Position numbers and translations under genes: made by a program
Assembly: GCA_951406725.2 (NCBI GenBank)
Contig: OX597815.1
Coordinates: forward strand, 41,478,001-41,542,000
From: Octopus vulgaris
Taxonomy: Eukaryota
Reading direction: 5' to 3'
DNA length: 64,000 nt
Notes under the pieces: generated by a model
Database searches by the model: none
Told to the model about the DNA's origin: nothing
Seen by the model: only the letters and a program-made list of their open reading frames with translations
Shown: positions 62,849-64,000 of the stretch, piece by piece
Layout of the letters: every line of letters begins with the position of its first letter
Numbering within the stretch: position 1 is the first letter of the stretch

Positions 62849-64000
62849 GGGTTGGACAAAATAATGGAAACACCTTAAAATTTTAAACAAATTTATTTTA
62901 ATATGAGGTAGGACCACCTTTGGAAGCAATTACAGCTTGAATTCTATGAGGCATGAACTCGTACAAAGTTTGAATTGTTTCCAAAGGAATTTTTGTCCAT
63001 TCTTCAGCTAAAACAGTCTCCAGTTCTTTTAGTGATAATGGTGGAGGATATTGCCTCCTTACTTATTTTTCTAAAATGCACCATAAATGTTCAATAATAT
63101 TGAAATCTGGGGAATGTGGTGGCCAGATAAGATGTTCAACTTCACTAGAAAGTTCCTTGTGCCATTCAGTAACAACTTTAGCTGTGTGAATCGGTGCATT
63201 ATCATCTTGAAAGATTGCATTTCCCTCCAGAAATAGTTCTGCAACCATAAGATGAATTTGATCGGATAAAATGCTTAAATAGTCTTGACTATTAATTTTG
63301 CCATGAAAGGAAACCATTGGGCTGGCAGATTTCCAAGATATAGCCCCATCAGGTCGTCACAGATCCTCCTCCATGTTTAACAGTTGGAAGAAGGCAGTCT
63401 GGGTCAAATGCTTCTTTTGGCTGTCTTCACACGTATACTCAGCTGTGGTTGGAAATGAGGTAAAGGATGATTTGTCCAAGAAAATAACATTCTTCCACTG
63501 CTCTAGGGATCAATTCTGTAGATTTTTACTCTACTCTAAATGCTTTGCAATGTTTGTTTTTGAAAGCAGTGGTTTTCTGATTGCAGCCCTTCCATGAAAT
63601 CTGGCTTTGTGCAGCTCCTAGCAAACAGTTTTTGTGGAAACTGGGTTCTCAAGGTGGTCATTAAGCTCTGCAGTAATTTTGGGAGCTGTACTTTTGTGAT
63701 CCTTTCTAACAATTCACGTAAGAGTCTGATGGTCCCTATTTGAAAGTTTTGGTTTTGTTCCAGAGTTTTGTTTCAACATGGAGGTTTTCCCCTCTTTCTC
63801 AAAGGCTGTCATTACTTCTTGATACACCAAACATTTTGGCTGTTTTCAATATGCTAGTGCCTGCCATACGAGCACCAACAATTTGACCTCTTTGAAAGTC
63901 TGATACATCTGACATTTTAATGAATTTTAATTACTTTTTTCTGATGATAGCTGAAAAGAAACAGCAATTTTAGCAAAACATATTAAGCAACAGTAATAAT
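62846..64000 (-). mobile_element. Tc1-like DNA transposon (DD36E spacing); continues beyond the window end
   Basis: TIR CAGGGGTTGGACAAAATAATGGAAACACC next to a (TA)n run; contains a transposase pseudogene. Confidence 0.9.
62898..63915 (-). pseudogene. Tc1-family transposase pseudogene
   Basis: Starts MSDVSDFQRGQIVGARMAG (paired-like HTH); WKNVIFLDKSSF (first D); FQDDNAPIH...WPPHSPDFNIIEHLW; ends GGPTSY*; internal stop at 63063 and frameshifts. Confidence 0.93.

Overview
AT-rich, CpG-poor eukaryotic DNA with no intact protein-coding gene that I can support. Almost all ORFs in the supplied track are chance ORFs in microsatellites or repeats. The repeat content (tRNA-derived SINEs with internal CA/TA microsatellites, RTE-type (GAT)n tails, TA-embedded Penelope-like hairpins) resembles octopus/coleoid cephalopod DNA; this is inference from memory of these families, not a database hit. 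The window looks like the interior of one or more long introns, probably of a + strand gene. It contains about 13 copies of one tRNA-SINE, several other SINE/RTE-tail families, RTE LINE fragments, MITEs of several superfamilies (TA/Tc2-like, TTAA/piggyBac-like, 8-bp hAT, 9-bp TSD, mariner-derived), two Helitron-like elements and a decayed Tc1-like transposase with DD36E spacing at the right end. The strongest leads are a recursive-splice-site/micro-exon motif at 52.4 kb, several long fold-back structures (inverted MITE/SINE pairs and Penelope-like hairpins with hammerhead relics) that could form dsRNA in pre-mRNA, and a modular head/tail-swapping SINE system. Repeat family letters (A-M) are my own labels, and repeat boundaries without TSDs are approximate.
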